Positions 16,229-26,251 of a stretch of 64,000 nucleotides of DNA are shown here, one piece after another. The stretch spans positions 26,969 through 90,968 of IMG/VR virus record IMGVR_UViG_3300045988_095676, one strand, 5' to 3'. Origin of the DNA: a virus. The first letter of the stretch is position 1. Each line of letters opens with the position of its first letter. The translations under genes were made by a program, and so were the position numbers. Below the pieces are notes generated by a model, which made no database searches, was not told the DNA's origin, and worked only from the letters and a program-made list of their open reading frames with translations.

Positions 16229-16616
16229 ATTAGATAAAGTGGTTAATATCCTAAAAGAAAAAGGATTTGTAGTATATAGAAAGGGCGGGAAGGAGCCAGG
16301 TGTGTTTTACGCTAAAGAAGGTGACAGCCGGATAGGATTCGTTTATCCCAACAACGGATATATATATGATAGAATAAAAATGTGGTCTTTTTCAAGGATA
16401 TATAAACCACATAAGAAAACCGGGTCTTCGTGTTTAATGAGCGTCAGCGACGAATTTACGATAGAGAATGCGATTAAGAACATAGAGGATAGACTGTGGG
16501 TGAATTATATAAAAGATGGTAACAGAAAACGACCAGAAGAATATAAAAATATAAGAGAATTTGTTGGTAGCTTCACTAAATTCTACAGCTCTGTAGAATT
16601 AGTTGAGGTTAAGTAG
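16206..16616 (+). CDS. hypothetical protein (136 aa)
   Basis: ORF track; followed by a terminator. Confidence 0.45.
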   Translation: MKMNVENKLDKVVNILKEKGFVVYRKGGKEPGVFYAKEGDSRIGFVYPNNGYIYDRIKMWSFSRIYKPHKKTGSSCLMSVSDEFTIENAIKNIEDRLWVNYIKDGNRKRPEEYKNIREFVGSFTKFYSSVELVEVK

Positions 16617-16635
16617 TTTTCCATGTAAGTTAGTT

Positions 16636-16672
16636 ACCGGCACTGGTCTGCGAAGATAGGCGCCGTTTTTTT
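16636..16672 (+). terminator. rho-independent terminator
   Basis: CCGGCAC..GGCGCCG hairpin with a TCT-GCGA-AGA GNRA loop, then TTTTTTT. Confidence 0.65.
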
Positions 16673-16693
16673 ATTCAAGGAAGGAGGACAAAG

Positions 16694-16945
16694 ATGGGAA
16701 AAAGAGACAAGGAGATACCTTATGAGGTAGTCATACAGGAAAGAAAAAGAGTGGATTTATATGGTAACGTAGTGTATTATATCTATTGGTTTGATAAATA
16801 TGGGTACAATATCACAAACGAATGGAAATTCTGGAGCAAGGGTCCGAAAAAGAAATACGATAGAGTTAATCGTTATCTAACGGATAGTTGGCTGAAGGAA
16901 TACTGTGGGAATAACAATTTAAAGATAAGGAGAATAAAGGAATGA
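16694..16945 (+). CDS. hypothetical protein (83 aa)
   Basis: Strong SD GGAAGGAGG before the ATG. Confidence 0.5.
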   Translation: MGKRDKEIPYEVVIQERKRVDLYGNVVYYIYWFDKYGYNITNEWKFWSKGPKKKYDRVNRYLTDSWLKEYCGNNNLKIRRIKE

Positions 16946-17032
16946 AGCCGGGAAAGTATGTTATGGTAACAAACGAGTGCGGTGCTTTGGATATTATAAA
17001 AGAAAAATTTGACAATATAAATATAGTGGAAT

Positions 17033-17293
17033 ATGGATCTGAATGAATTGTACAAAGAAATAGAAAAAGCAGAGATTGATCTGAATGCAAAAAGATTAAA
17101 GTACATCAAAGAGGCATTAGTGGAGAATGGTGGAAGTATAAAGCTAAAATTTAAAAAATGGGGAGAAGATAATAATGCGTTTGACTTTGATGATCAGTTT
17201 CCGGTGATAATAGAAATTGCTGGGATTCCTATGTTTTTAACGGAGGTGTATGTCAAAAAAAAACGATTTTCGTATGGTTCTGCTGGACTATGA
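17033..17293 (+). CDS. hypothetical protein (86 aa)
   Basis: ORF track. Confidence 0.4.
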   Translation: MDLNELYKEIEKAEIDLNAKRLKYIKEALVENGGSIKLKFKKWGEDNNAFDFDDQFPVIIEIAGIPMFLTEVYVKKKRFSYGSAGL

Positions 17294-17379
17294 TGATATG
17301 ACTTTAGGTGATTTTGATAATACAGGGGAAAATGAACAGGTTGCTTATTTTATTAACTATTGCTTAAATCAAGACAAAG

Positions 17380-17568
17380 ATGGGAAAGAGTAGAAAAGAT
17401 TATGAGAAGTTTCTTAACTCCATATCTCCAGATAGAGACGATGAGGCATGGATCATTGGAGGAAAGAACAGGTATTGCGGTAGAGAGAATTATGGTACTA
17501 TGATCAAAAGGTATGATCCTATTGGTTTTAACGTAGGATACAGGGAGTGGGCAGAGCAGCCAGGGTAA
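17380..17568 (+). CDS. hypothetical protein (62 aa)
   Basis: ORF track; followed by a GC-rich hairpin-like block at 17570-17630. Confidence 0.35.
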   Translation: MGKSRKDYEKFLNSISPDRDDEAWIIGGKNRYCGRENYGTMIKRYDPIGFNVGYREWAEQPG

Positions 17569-17813
17569 GGAGGCGCCCGTCCTGCCATGAGGCCAGCCTG
17601 GCTGTTCGTGGCCAGGGCCATACATTAATCAGATAGTGAACGGCGAAAACAATACATAAAATGGGAAACGAATTAAAACTTAACAGCGCAGAAGAAGCAG
17701 AAGTAATTTTAAGAAATGGTGGCTGATTATAAAGGTCGCATATATGAATATTACGAGTTCAAGAGAGAGGTCATTGATAAGATAAGATAATTATATACCT
17801 AAAATAATAGTTT

Positions 17814-18128
17814 ATGACATTCAAAGAATTTATGAAAGAAGTGGGCTATAACCTACTGACTACCTTTTGGGAAGATTTTAGTATAGCCGACAAGTATGGT
17901 ATAGTAGGTGTCAAAGATACCTACAGACGTGCGTTCAATGAATGGAAAGACGATTATAAGTTCTTCACGGAATTAACGCTCGTATTGAATCATAAAATCT
18001 GGCAGCATTATGAAAGCAATCGTGAACTGGCTGCATTGTATGACCGGTTGTGGCGAGAAGCTGACGAGTATGCCATGAGCAACTTTAAGGGAGAAGAACT
18101 TGATTATTATTACAGAATAACCGATTAG
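17814..18128 (+). CDS. hypothetical protein (104 aa)
   Basis: ORF track. Confidence 0.4.
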   Translation: MTFKEFMKEVGYNLLTTFWEDFSIADKYGIVGVKDTYRRAFNEWKDDYKFFTELTLVLNHKIWQHYESNRELAALYDRLWREADEYAMSNFKGEELDYYYRITD

Positions 18129-18319
18129 CTATGTTATACCCGTTTTCATTGACGCTTGACTTATATATACAAGCCGAATCGTTTGAAGAAGCCAAGAAAT
18201 TAGCAGAAGCATACGTACAAGATGCTTCGTTAGATACAACTGACTATCCGGAAATAGTACAGGATGTGTTGGAAGTGGCAGAGTATGGAATAATTGATGT
18301 AGAATAATAAATTAATATT

Positions 18320-18595
18320 ATGACAGCAGCAGAAAAATTGCGTATGGAAATAGCGCAAGAAGCACCATTTAGTAAGGACGAATTTATTAGTAAAATCTCT
18401 CGTCTAATTAAGGCGTATGGATATGCAAGTTTTATTTGCGACAAGCATATTCGAGAAACCGATGTATCGCCTAACGGTAACACGATTCGTATGGTACATG
18501 AACAGATAGCAATTGATTTTGCTCGTTATGAGGGTTTCTTAGTATCATACAAACATAACAGTTATGGTGTTAGATATATAGTATTCACTCTTTGA
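18320..18595 (+). CDS. hypothetical protein (91 aa)
   Basis: ORF track. Confidence 0.4.
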   Translation: MTAAEKLRMEIAQEAPFSKDEFISKISRLIKAYGYASFICDKHIRETDVSPNGNTIRMVHEQIAIDFARYEGFLVSYKHNSYGVRYIVFTL

Positions 18596-18781
18596 CATAC
18601 TCCCATAGCTAAAGCAAACGGGATTAAAAGAATGTAGCAGGGAAGAGGCATTTGACATCATTCAAGGGTGGGCTAAAGAGTTTGCAGAGGAATATGGGAA
18701 TTGTGATTTTGATGGATCATACTATGATGAAATAGATGCATTTATCGAAGAAAAATTAAGAACTATTTAAAATATAAAGAC

Positions 18782-19591
18782 ATGGAAGACGATCTTATTA
18801 CAACAAAAGAAGTAGGCGATTATCGCATTAAAGTGTATTATTGCCGTGATTCAGAATGTCCTATAACTAATTGGGGTTTGTTTGGGTCATTCTTTTTTGA
18901 ATACTCAGATACACATCGATTACATGATGAATGCAATTGGAAAACTTTCTTCTACGATAACAAGCATGATCTTAGAGATGTTATTGATGCTATTGTAATG
19001 AAGCATATAGAACAGAAAGACATTGTAAAATATTTAAAGAAAGGGGAAGCGAATGGGATCTCATTCACATACAACAGAGGTGGCAATGTATGGGAGTTGA
19101 AACATAAGACAAGTCTATATATAGGTCAAGAGTTTTCACCAGGTGATTTGAAGGACTTTGATTGCAGAGGAGAATTAATAGAGGATCTGGATGATGAAGA
19201 CCTGTTAGATATCATATCCAAATATGGAAAAGATGTGGTAGCTATAGAGTGGTCGACAAGGGGTTATAATCAAGGTGATTATATAAAAGGGATAGCATAC
19301 GTTACAAAAGAAAAATATGATAATGAAGTCTGCAACAAAGAAGGAGACTGGAAAGAAGATTGTGCCAAAATTATAGATAATGAAGTAAAGTCCATAGGTA
19401 TGTGGATGTGGGGAGATGTAAAAGGGTACGTTCTTGAAAAGAAGGTAGCATTTACCAAGAAATACAAAGACGAATCAAGAGAGGATGAAGATTGCGAAGA
19501 ATGGGAAGAGGTTGATTCTTGCTGGGGATGTTACGAGGAGACAGATGAATTGATAAAGGAAGTCATGATAGAGAATGGCTTAGAAGAATAG
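18782..19591 (+). CDS. hypothetical acidic protein (269 aa)
   Basis: ORF track. Confidence 0.45.
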   Translation: MEDDLITTKEVGDYRIKVYYCRDSECPITNWGLFGSFFFEYSDTHRLHDECNWKTFFYDNKHDLRDVIDAIVMKHIEQKDIVKYLKKGEANGISFTYNRGGNVWELKHKTSLYIGQEFSPGDLKDFDCRGELIEDLDDEDLLDIISKYGKDVVAIEWSTRGYNQGDYIKGIAYVTKEKYDNEVCNKEGDWKEDCAKIIDNEVKSIGMWMWGDVKGYVLEKKVAFTKKYKDESREDEDCEEWEEVDSCWGCYEETDELIKEVMIENGLEE

Positions 19592-19735
19592 GTTGTAATG
19601 GCTGATAGTGACGGACGCCGCAGGAGACAGGTGGGTAAAGCGCGAAGAGTTCCGGTTCAGAGGAGACGCGGCCTGCTCTGCGTGGCGTAATGCTACAGTA
19701 GATGAAATTGTTGAACATTTTAAAAACAGATAATT

Positions 19736-20149
19736 ATGGGATATATATGTACAAGATGTGGTGGAACAAATGTTGCCTGTGAAGCCATAGTAAATCCGAA
19801 TACCGGAAAAATAATAGATTATTTTGATGGATCTTTCATGCATGCTATTTGCTCGAATTGTGAAAACGAGGTGATAATATCCAACATTGAAGAAGTCAAA
19901 CATGAAATTGATTTAAGATTTCATGAATTTGTAGAAAGAACAGGGAAGGAGCCTGAATACGTAGAATGTCAGATTGTACGGAAAGAGACAGGAGATGAAC
20001 AAAGAAAGACAATAAAACTATCATTGAGCATCAACGATGATGACAATGATGATGTTTTTTGTGATTGCAATGGGATAGAATCGTTTAAGCAACTTGCTGA
20101 ATACGGAGTGGGAGGATTTATCGTAACATTTTGTTGGAGTTTCTTTTAA
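19736..20149 (+). CDS. hypothetical zinc-ribbon protein (137 aa)
   Basis: CTRCGG..C(x14)..CSNC pattern near the N-terminus. Confidence 0.45.
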   Translation: MGYICTRCGGTNVACEAIVNPNTGKIIDYFDGSFMHAICSNCENEVIISNIEEVKHEIDLRFHEFVERTGKEPEYVECQIVRKETGDEQRKTIKLSLSINDDDNDDVFCDCNGIESFKQLAEYGVGGFIVTFCWSFF

Positions 20150-20162
20150 AACCTATACAGAT

Positions 20163-20528
20163 ATGAAAATAATAAAAATTCCTATTACAGAGCAAAACAG
20201 AGAAGTCTATTGGTCTAGAAACAAAGATAAGAAGGCTTGGGAGAAGTTAATGAGTGAGTGCCCATCCATGACATCAAAAGAGTTTTGGAATAATGAATGG
20301 GAAGAATTTGATAAAGAAGAGATTTCGACGCATTGGTATTTCATTGTTGGCAAACCGGAATCGATAATAGATGAGTTGATTAATTTGGAGATAGGGGACA
20401 CAAACGTATTCTATCCACATATAAAGGAGAATAGACCTTGGGATATTGAAGAAATGGACTGGTATGATCTTAGAGAACATGCCAATACCATGAGTGATTT
20501 TATTCAGAAGTTATATAACTACATTTAA
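20163..20528 (+). CDS. hypothetical protein (121 aa)
   Basis: ORF track. Confidence 0.4.
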   Translation: MKIIKIPITEQNREVYWSRNKDKKAWEKLMSECPSMTSKEFWNNEWEEFDKEEISTHWYFIVGKPESIIDELINLEIGDTNVFYPHIKENRPWDIEEMDWYDLREHANTMSDFIQKLYNYI

Positions 20529-20538
20529 AAAATGCTTT

Positions 20539-21012
20539 ATGAATGGAATAATATTTGAATTAGAAGAAAAGTCGAAATATACAGGGAGATACATGGATGG
20601 GGAAATCTCCTATAATAACACATCTATAGATTACACGAAAGAAATACGAGAATGTGACAGAAAGAGTGAGATCAAGGATTTATTAAATGACCCTTGTCTT
20701 GGTAAAATATTTGAAAAGGGGGAAGTTGATGATGAAATTATATATAATGGTAATATAGAAGATGTAAAAGAGGAATGGATGCGTGCTATACAAAATGGGG
20801 TAGATAAAATGAATGTTAACAAAGATATGAATGGGCATAATCTTATTTATGTAATAAAATATGGGATTTGCAGATACGCGTATCGTATTTGCATTGATTC
20901 ATATCCGGGATATGTTGTAAAAGATCCAATAACACTAATAGAATGGGTTCAAGGTTTAAAGCCTGGAACCGTCATTAAAATAAGAGGAATATTCATTTAT
21001 CATTTTTTATAA
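20539..21012 (+). CDS. hypothetical protein (157 aa)
   Basis: Start moved to the in-frame ATG at 20539, just after the upstream stop. Confidence 0.4.
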   Translation: MNGIIFELEEKSKYTGRYMDGEISYNNTSIDYTKEIRECDRKSEIKDLLNDPCLGKIFEKGEVDDEIIYNGNIEDVKEEWMRAIQNGVDKMNVNKDMNGHNLIYVIKYGICRYAYRICIDSYPGYVVKDPITLIEWVQGLKPGTVIKIRGIFIYHFL

Positions 21013-21020
21013 CATATTTT

Positions 21021-21413
21021 ATGAAAACACAAGAAGAATACGCACTTGAAATTGACGAAATTGTTCGCCGGGATGTGGAGAGTTGCCAGAATGACTGGTT
21101 TAGGATTGACAGGGAGATATTTATGCAACCGGAAAACAGGAATAAGATATTTATTCTTGGAACCCGGAAGACCGGATGTGATTTAATAATACTGGGTGGC
21201 ACTAATTGTAATGAAGGCAGTATGGATTGGCTTTTTGGGAGTCTTGGCAATGAAAATTTCTATGTATGTCAGCCGTTATCTTTCCAAAAATCATCGCAGG
21301 AAATCGAGAAAGTGAATCCCTTGTACGCTTTTAAGTTAGCTACTGCTTATTTCAGGGGACAGGGTATGGTTCCGGTATTTGAAGATTGTCATTGCAGACT
21401 GGTGAAACTATGA
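21021..21413 (+). CDS. hypothetical protein (130 aa)
   Basis: ORF track. Confidence 0.4.
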   Translation: MKTQEEYALEIDEIVRRDVESCQNDWFRIDREIFMQPENRNKIFILGTRKTGCDLIILGGTNCNEGSMDWLFGSLGNENFYVCQPLSFQKSSQEIEKVNPLYAFKLATAYFRGQGMVPVFEDCHCRLVKL

Positions 21414-21646
21414 GTGTAGAAGTGATAAGATATAGGCTTCCGGTTTATTGGGCTTGCGCTCTGATAAATGATGATTATACCGGACTGGAAGATAAAGAAT
21501 GCGAGAAAATAAAACGCTTCTTAGAAATAGCAGAAGGTTATCCGGTAGATGTAGATTGGGAAACACAAGGGTTTTACCATTGTAATGACGCAGGAACACT
21601 TCCCGGAGAGTGTGCAGATTTTATTTTTCATAAGTGTAATGATTAA
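21410..21646 (+). CDS. hypothetical protein (78 aa)
   Basis: Internal ATG forms an ATGA overlap with the upstream stop. Confidence 0.4.
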   Translation: MSVEVIRYRLPVYWACALINDDYTGLEDKECEKIKRFLEIAEGYPVDVDWETQGFYHCNDAGTLPGECADFIFHKCND

Positions 21647-21657
21647 ACTAAAATAAT

Positions 21658-22554
21658 ATGGAAACTACAAACAAACTGTTTTATTCAGGTACAAAATTCT
21701 TTACAGAAAATGAAGAAGATTATAGAATAACAGTTAGAATCTCTTTGGATGATGACTGCAAAAATAACATATGCGACTGGAGCATAACAGCCGACGTTGA
21801 CTGGAAAAACAAGCATGGAAAATATGAGGATTACTTAGGAGGCTGCTGCCATGATGAAGTTGCAAAACATTTTCCGGAATTGGCAAAATTCATATCGTTG
21901 CATCTTTGTAACCATTATGGTGCTCCTATGTATCCGGTGGAAAATGGCATATATCACGTTAGAAGAAGCGGTATGTCTGTGGCAATGGAGTATTTGCGTA
22001 TATCAGAACAAGAATGCGTAGAATTATATAAAGCCTCTGAGGATAAGTTGTATTTCAGGTATATGCTTTTCAATCTGGGGATCGTGGATAGATGGAAAAG
22101 AGAATCAGAAGAACTTATTGCGGAACTTGAAAAATTGTGTGGAAAGAAGTGGGTTAATCCATATAAGCCGGAAGAAGAAAGATTTGTTTTAACACTAACG
22201 GACGAGGAACGATCTCTTATTGAAGAGCGTATTAAAGCCGGGCATTATTCCTCAGAAAATATAGAGAAACGCAGAGTGGAAGCCCATAAAGCAAAGATGG
22301 CGGCAAAACGTGCTGAAATTTGTGAGCGATACGATAAAAAAATCAGACAAGCAGAAGCAGAAAAGAAGATAATACTCTGTGTGTTTGATTATGGATTGCC
22401 AATTAATAATGTTATATATTATCCTCACACGAACACTTTATCTTTCAACTGGAACGATTATGGAGGAAAAATCACACAGGAAGAGTTTGATGATTTTGTG
22501 AATAACGTAGACCGCTCTCAGTTGCCGGAAGGCATCAAGTTTGAACTTAAATAA
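21658..22554 (+). CDS. hypothetical protein (298 aa)
   Basis: ORF track. Confidence 0.45.
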   Translation: METTNKLFYSGTKFFTENEEDYRITVRISLDDDCKNNICDWSITADVDWKNKHGKYEDYLGGCCHDEVAKHFPELAKFISLHLCNHYGAPMYPVENGIYHVRRSGMSVAMEYLRISEQECVELYKASEDKLYFRYMLFNLGIVDRWKRESEELIAELEKLCGKKWVNPYKPEEERFVLTLTDEERSLIEERIKAGHYSSENIEKRRVEAHKAKMAAKRAEICERYDKKIRQAEAEKKIILCVFDYGLPINNVIYYPHTNTLSFNWNDYGGKITQEEFDDFVNNVDRSQLPEGIKFELK

Positions 22555-22562
22555 TACAGGAT

Positions 22563-22853
22563 ATGGAAAGGTTGGATTTTGAAACGTTACTTCGTGTCGT
22601 AATATGGGATTACAACCGTTGTTTTAAAGATGAATCGTTGGACAAGGATTTGTTCATAGAAAAATACGGGAAAGTTATGGGAGAACATTATTACAATAAG
22701 TTTGTCCATGAGTTTAACGGGAATATCCTGAAGATGATCGGTTACTTCAGAGGTTCCGAAAAAGATGGGCAAGTCTTCTGCGATATGATAATCGAACGTA
22801 TTGAAAAATACGAAAAAAGAATGTCATATGATAAAGGTAAGTTAAACAATTAA
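22563..22853 (+). CDS. hypothetical protein (96 aa)
   Basis: ORF track. Confidence 0.4.
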   Translation: MERLDFETLLRVVIWDYNRCFKDESLDKDLFIEKYGKVMGEHYYNKFVHEFNGNILKMIGYFRGSEKDGQVFCDMIIERIEKYEKRMSYDKGKLNN

Positions 22854-22865
22854 AAAGATATTTAT

Positions 22866-23930
22866 ATGAACAATTCAATGGTCGCTCACTTGTGGGCAAA
22901 CGAAAAGCAAGAATCTGCAAATGGTAGTAATTTCTATTTTGAAGGTGAAAGTATTTACTCCTATGGAAGACATTTTGAGGTCGGAAGAATCGTGCGAAAC
23001 AAGCGTGGAGAAAAGGCGTATTTGATTAATGATACATACTATTCTTCTACTACAAGCAAGCATCAATATTATGTTCGTGAAGCAATACCAACTGGCTCAA
23101 AGGTGTTCTATGTTGAATGTAATATATCATATTGTATCGGTAACATGCTCTTTGTTACCAATATGTTGGAATGTATTAAAGATGCTATTGAAAAATACAA
23201 GAAAGCCAGAACCGAATTGTCTTATCGGGATGTTTGGGGGAATTTTAAAAATCTGATGGATTATATTGAGTTCTTCGATATGGGGACTCCCCGGCGTCTT
23301 CTTAAAAAGAGCGCAAACGAATGGCTTGGAACTAACCATGAATTATCATGGAAATCAGATAAGATTAAACGTGAACATGTCCGTGAGTTGAAACGTGTTT
23401 TCCAGATATTATTGAATCATCAAGCACTGGAAGTCCTTGGAACCGTTATTGTGATTGTAGATGAAGTTTGTGGTGAAGGAACTTGGTTGAAATATCGGGA
23501 AAGAGTTGAAAAATATAGAATAAATATAGAAGCAAAACAGGAAAAAAAGCGAAGGGCAAGGGAAGAAGAATTAGACAAATTTCGTAAGGATTTTTATGAA
23601 AAATTAGAAAAATGGAAGTCGGGAGAACTTAATTTCTTGCATTCATATTATTTTATTGATTGTGCTGACGTAAATGCTTGGATGCGCATAAAAGGGGGAA
23701 TTATTGAAACGAGCAAACAAATAAAAATCGGGATAGAAGAAGCCAGAAGGATGTGGCAGATGGTGTCACTGTTGCACCGGGGAGGCCAGTTCCGGCATGG
23801 CCTGGTAGAGGACGTGGGTGGCAATAAGTGGAGCATAAACCGGTATGAAAACGATATACTGACAGCCGGATGTCATCGTATTGCGTATAGTGAGATGGAA
23901 AGTATTGCAAAGCAACTGGGATGGGCGTAA
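22866..23930 (+). CDS. hypothetical protein (354 aa)
   Basis: ORF track. Confidence 0.45.
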   Translation: MNNSMVAHLWANEKQESANGSNFYFEGESIYSYGRHFEVGRIVRNKRGEKAYLINDTYYSSTTSKHQYYVREAIPTGSKVFYVECNISYCIGNMLFVTNMLECIKDAIEKYKKARTELSYRDVWGNFKNLMDYIEFFDMGTPRRLLKKSANEWLGTNHELSWKSDKIKREHVRELKRVFQILLNHQALEVLGTVIVIVDEVCGEGTWLKYRERVEKYRINIEAKQEKKRRAREEELDKFRKDFYEKLEKWKSGELNFLHSYYFIDCADVNAWMRIKGGIIETSKQIKIGIEEARRMWQMVSLLHRGGQFRHGLVEDVGGNKWSINRYENDILTAGCHRIAYSEMESIAKQLGWA

Positions 23931-23971
23931 GTAACCCATCTTATTTTATAACAACTAAAAACAAGAAAAAT

Positions 23972-24712
23972 ATGGAAAATGCAATTATTATTCCGTTTGA
24001 TTTAAATACGGCGAGAAAAATTAAAAGCGGAGAAATAGAAGGTTCGGTATTAATTGATAATATTGAAATAGAATTTGTATATGAGTCGAAAGACTGTGCA
24101 GGTCCTTATAATTTGCTTTTTGTAAAAAAAGATGGATATGGGATAAGTGCTATATATGCCAACACGGAAGGTTGTATTATTGGCGGCACCACTCTGGAAT
24201 TGAGGGTAGAGGCTGGAGCGTATTTTAAGAAAGGAGATGTATTAACAAGCACTAAAGGATGTCAATTTATATATGATGGACTTATTACCAAAGGGGTAAT
24301 GGGAAGTATATGTGGAATGGTAACATCTGGAGATATTAAGTTTGATCATAGCGGATTATGGACTGATGTGTATGATGAAGATAAAAAACGGCATGTAAGA
24401 AAGGCTATAGAAGAAGAGAAGAAATTTTTAGCAGAAAAGATTATAAAAGCCGAAGACAGTAGAAAAATAGATATAATAAAACGATATTTAAGTGAATATG
24501 AGTATCTATTAGATGAGATGCCGAAACGTGACTTCAAACCATTTGAACGAGTGCTGGTGAGAAGAACTAACCAAGAGAGGTGGAAATTGCATCTATTTTC
24601 CAGAGAATCAGTAGGAGATAATAAATACGAATGCTTAGGAGGGGTAGGATTTAGTCAGTGTATCCCATACGAAGGGAACGAACATCTTTTAGGAACCAAT
24701 AAAAACAAATAA
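23972..24712 (+). CDS. hypothetical protein, paralogue 1 of a tandem pair
   Basis: N-terminus MENAIIIPFDLNTARKIKSGE and C-terminus KYECLGGVGFSQCIPYEGNEHLLGT parallel the next gene. Confidence 0.5.
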   Translation: MENAIIIPFDLNTARKIKSGEIEGSVLIDNIEIEFVYESKDCAGPYNLLFVKKDGYGISAIYANTEGCIIGGTTLELRVEAGAYFKKGDVLTSTKGCQFIYDGLITKGVMGSICGMVTSGDIKFDHSGLWTDVYDEDKKRHVRKAIEEEKKFLAEKIIKAEDSRKIDIIKRYLSEYEYLLDEMPKRDFKPFERVLVRRTNQERWKLHLFSRESVGDNKYECLGGVGFSQCIPYEGNEHLLGTNKNK

Positions 24713-24716
24713 GATT

Positions 24717-25451
24717 ATGGAATATAAAATGGTAACAATCCCGTTTGATTTAGAAACGGCGAAAAAAATAAACATAGGGGAAAGAGTAGGTCAGATTGTG
24801 ACAGAGAAAGGACGAAATAGAGCAGAAATAGTATATGAAGACAATTCGTCAATTTGTCCGTTATTGGTTGTAATTCATTCTATTTCTGTATCGGCAGATT
24901 GGTTTTCTGCTACAGGAAAAGCATTTAGCAGCGAAAATCGCCTCCTTCTTGAAGTCCCGGAATATACTACATTTAAAGATGGAGATGTGTTAAGCAGCAA
25001 AGATGGAAGTTATATTTTTATTTTAAATACGCATGGGAAATATTTAACATCTTTTTATGCGAGTCTTGCAGCGGGAAAAAGTCTTAATATATCGGATAAT
25101 TTGGCTGCACACGAAAACCACATAGAATGTTATAGACTTGCAACAGATTCGGAAAAACAGAAGATGATTAAAGCGTTAAAGAAAAGCAAAAATCCTAAAG
25201 CAAAAGAATATCTAAAACGCTTCTTCGGAATTGAAGAAAGGACGAAATATGAGTTTAAGCCGTTTGACAAAGTGTTAGCAAAATATTATGAGGACGATAA
25301 TTGGGAGGCCAGTTTATTCATAAGAACAATTACAGACGATCAGGATGGGGAGATTAAATATGAATGCTTGAATGGAACAGTGTATGTTTATTGCATTCCT
25401 TTTGAGGGCAATGAATATCTTTTAGGAACTGCTGAAAATCCAGAAAAATGA
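24717..25451 (+). CDS. hypothetical protein, paralogue 2 of a tandem pair
   Basis: VTIPFDLETAKKINIGE ... KYECLNGTVYVYCIPFEGNEYLLGT; shares N- and C-terminal motifs with 23972-24712. Confidence 0.5.
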   Translation: MEYKMVTIPFDLETAKKINIGERVGQIVTEKGRNRAEIVYEDNSSICPLLVVIHSISVSADWFSATGKAFSSENRLLLEVPEYTTFKDGDVLSSKDGSYIFILNTHGKYLTSFYASLAAGKSLNISDNLAAHENHIECYRLATDSEKQKMIKALKKSKNPKAKEYLKRFFGIEERTKYEFKPFDKVLAKYYEDDNWEASLFIRTITDDQDGEIKYECLNGTVYVYCIPFEGNEYLLGTAENPEK

Positions 25452-25642
25452 AAACGGTAAAATTATCTGATTTTTCTCCTTATGACAGAAACAAAGGAGG
25501 AATACAAGAATTGCATCATAAAATTGAGCCTAAAACACTTCAGTATTGGGGCGAAGATAGTGGTATTCTGATCGGCATCACTCCGATATATAAGAGACAT
25601 TTGTGGGGCGAAGAAGTAAATGTTATAAATGATAAACAATAA
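25448..25642 (+). CDS. hypothetical protein (64 aa)
   Basis: ORF track. Confidence 0.35.
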   Translation: MKTVKLSDFSPYDRNKGGIQELHHKIEPKTLQYWGEDSGILIGITPIYKRHLWGEEVNVINDKQ

Positions 25643-25644
25643 AT

Positions 25645-25944
25645 ATGAAAACAAGAACATACGAAGGGGTGCAGCATGGAGACTGGGTGAGATGTACTCA
25701 ATGTGGAGTACAAATGCTTCTTCCACGTGGAGCTGACCAATGTCCAGAATGTTATGGATACGACACGTTGGTGTGGGTAGATGAAGATAGGCAAGAAATG
25801 GACACTAAGCATCTGGATTGCCTTGCTCCAATGCGCAAATTGGAGCTACAAGAATATTTGTCTCAAGATGTTTTGGCGATAGAGCATAGCGAATATTATA
25901 AACAATTGATAGGGGAGGATGAATGGTGTGAAGAAGAAATATAA
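25645..25944 (+). CDS. hypothetical zinc-ribbon protein (99 aa)
   Basis: CTQCG...CPEC motif. Confidence 0.4.
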   Translation: MKTRTYEGVQHGDWVRCTQCGVQMLLPRGADQCPECYGYDTLVWVDEDRQEMDTKHLDCLAPMRKLELQEYLSQDVLAIEHSEYYKQLIGEDEWCEEEI

Positions 25945-25978
25945 TAAAGAGTATCATTATTAAAACAATAGAGAAATT

Positions 25979-26233
25979 ATGAACGAGGATATTTTAAGCA
26001 ATATGTTTGGGTGTGATACATATTGCATATGTGACAGTTCTTCAAATAGGTACTGTTTTATTGGGCCTATTGAATGTAACGGGAAGTTAATAGAAGAGTT
26101 TAGGAAGGGAATAATAGTAAAATTGAAACATGTGGAAAAGAGGGTTCTGGATACATTCAAAGAAAATGGGGTTGATCTGGATAACTATACCCACTGTGTT
26201 ATAGTAAAGCGGAATTTTTATCTCGCTTGGTGA
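25979..26233 (+). CDS. hypothetical protein (84 aa)
   Basis: ORF track. Confidence 0.4.
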   Translation: MNEDILSNMFGCDTYCICDSSSNRYCFIGPIECNGKLIEEFRKGIIVKLKHVEKRVLDTFKENGVDLDNYTHCVIVKRNFYLAW

Positions 26234-26251
26234 CAGTAAAATACAAACAAT

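Noticed and set aside
17570-17630. Small GC-rich ORF or tRNA at GGCCAGCCTGGCTGTTCGTGGCCAGGGCC
   Set aside because: No T-arm or cloverleaf can be drawn. It looks like an imperfect GC-rich hairpin with repeated GGCCAG and no following T-run. Noted only as one of the GC islands.
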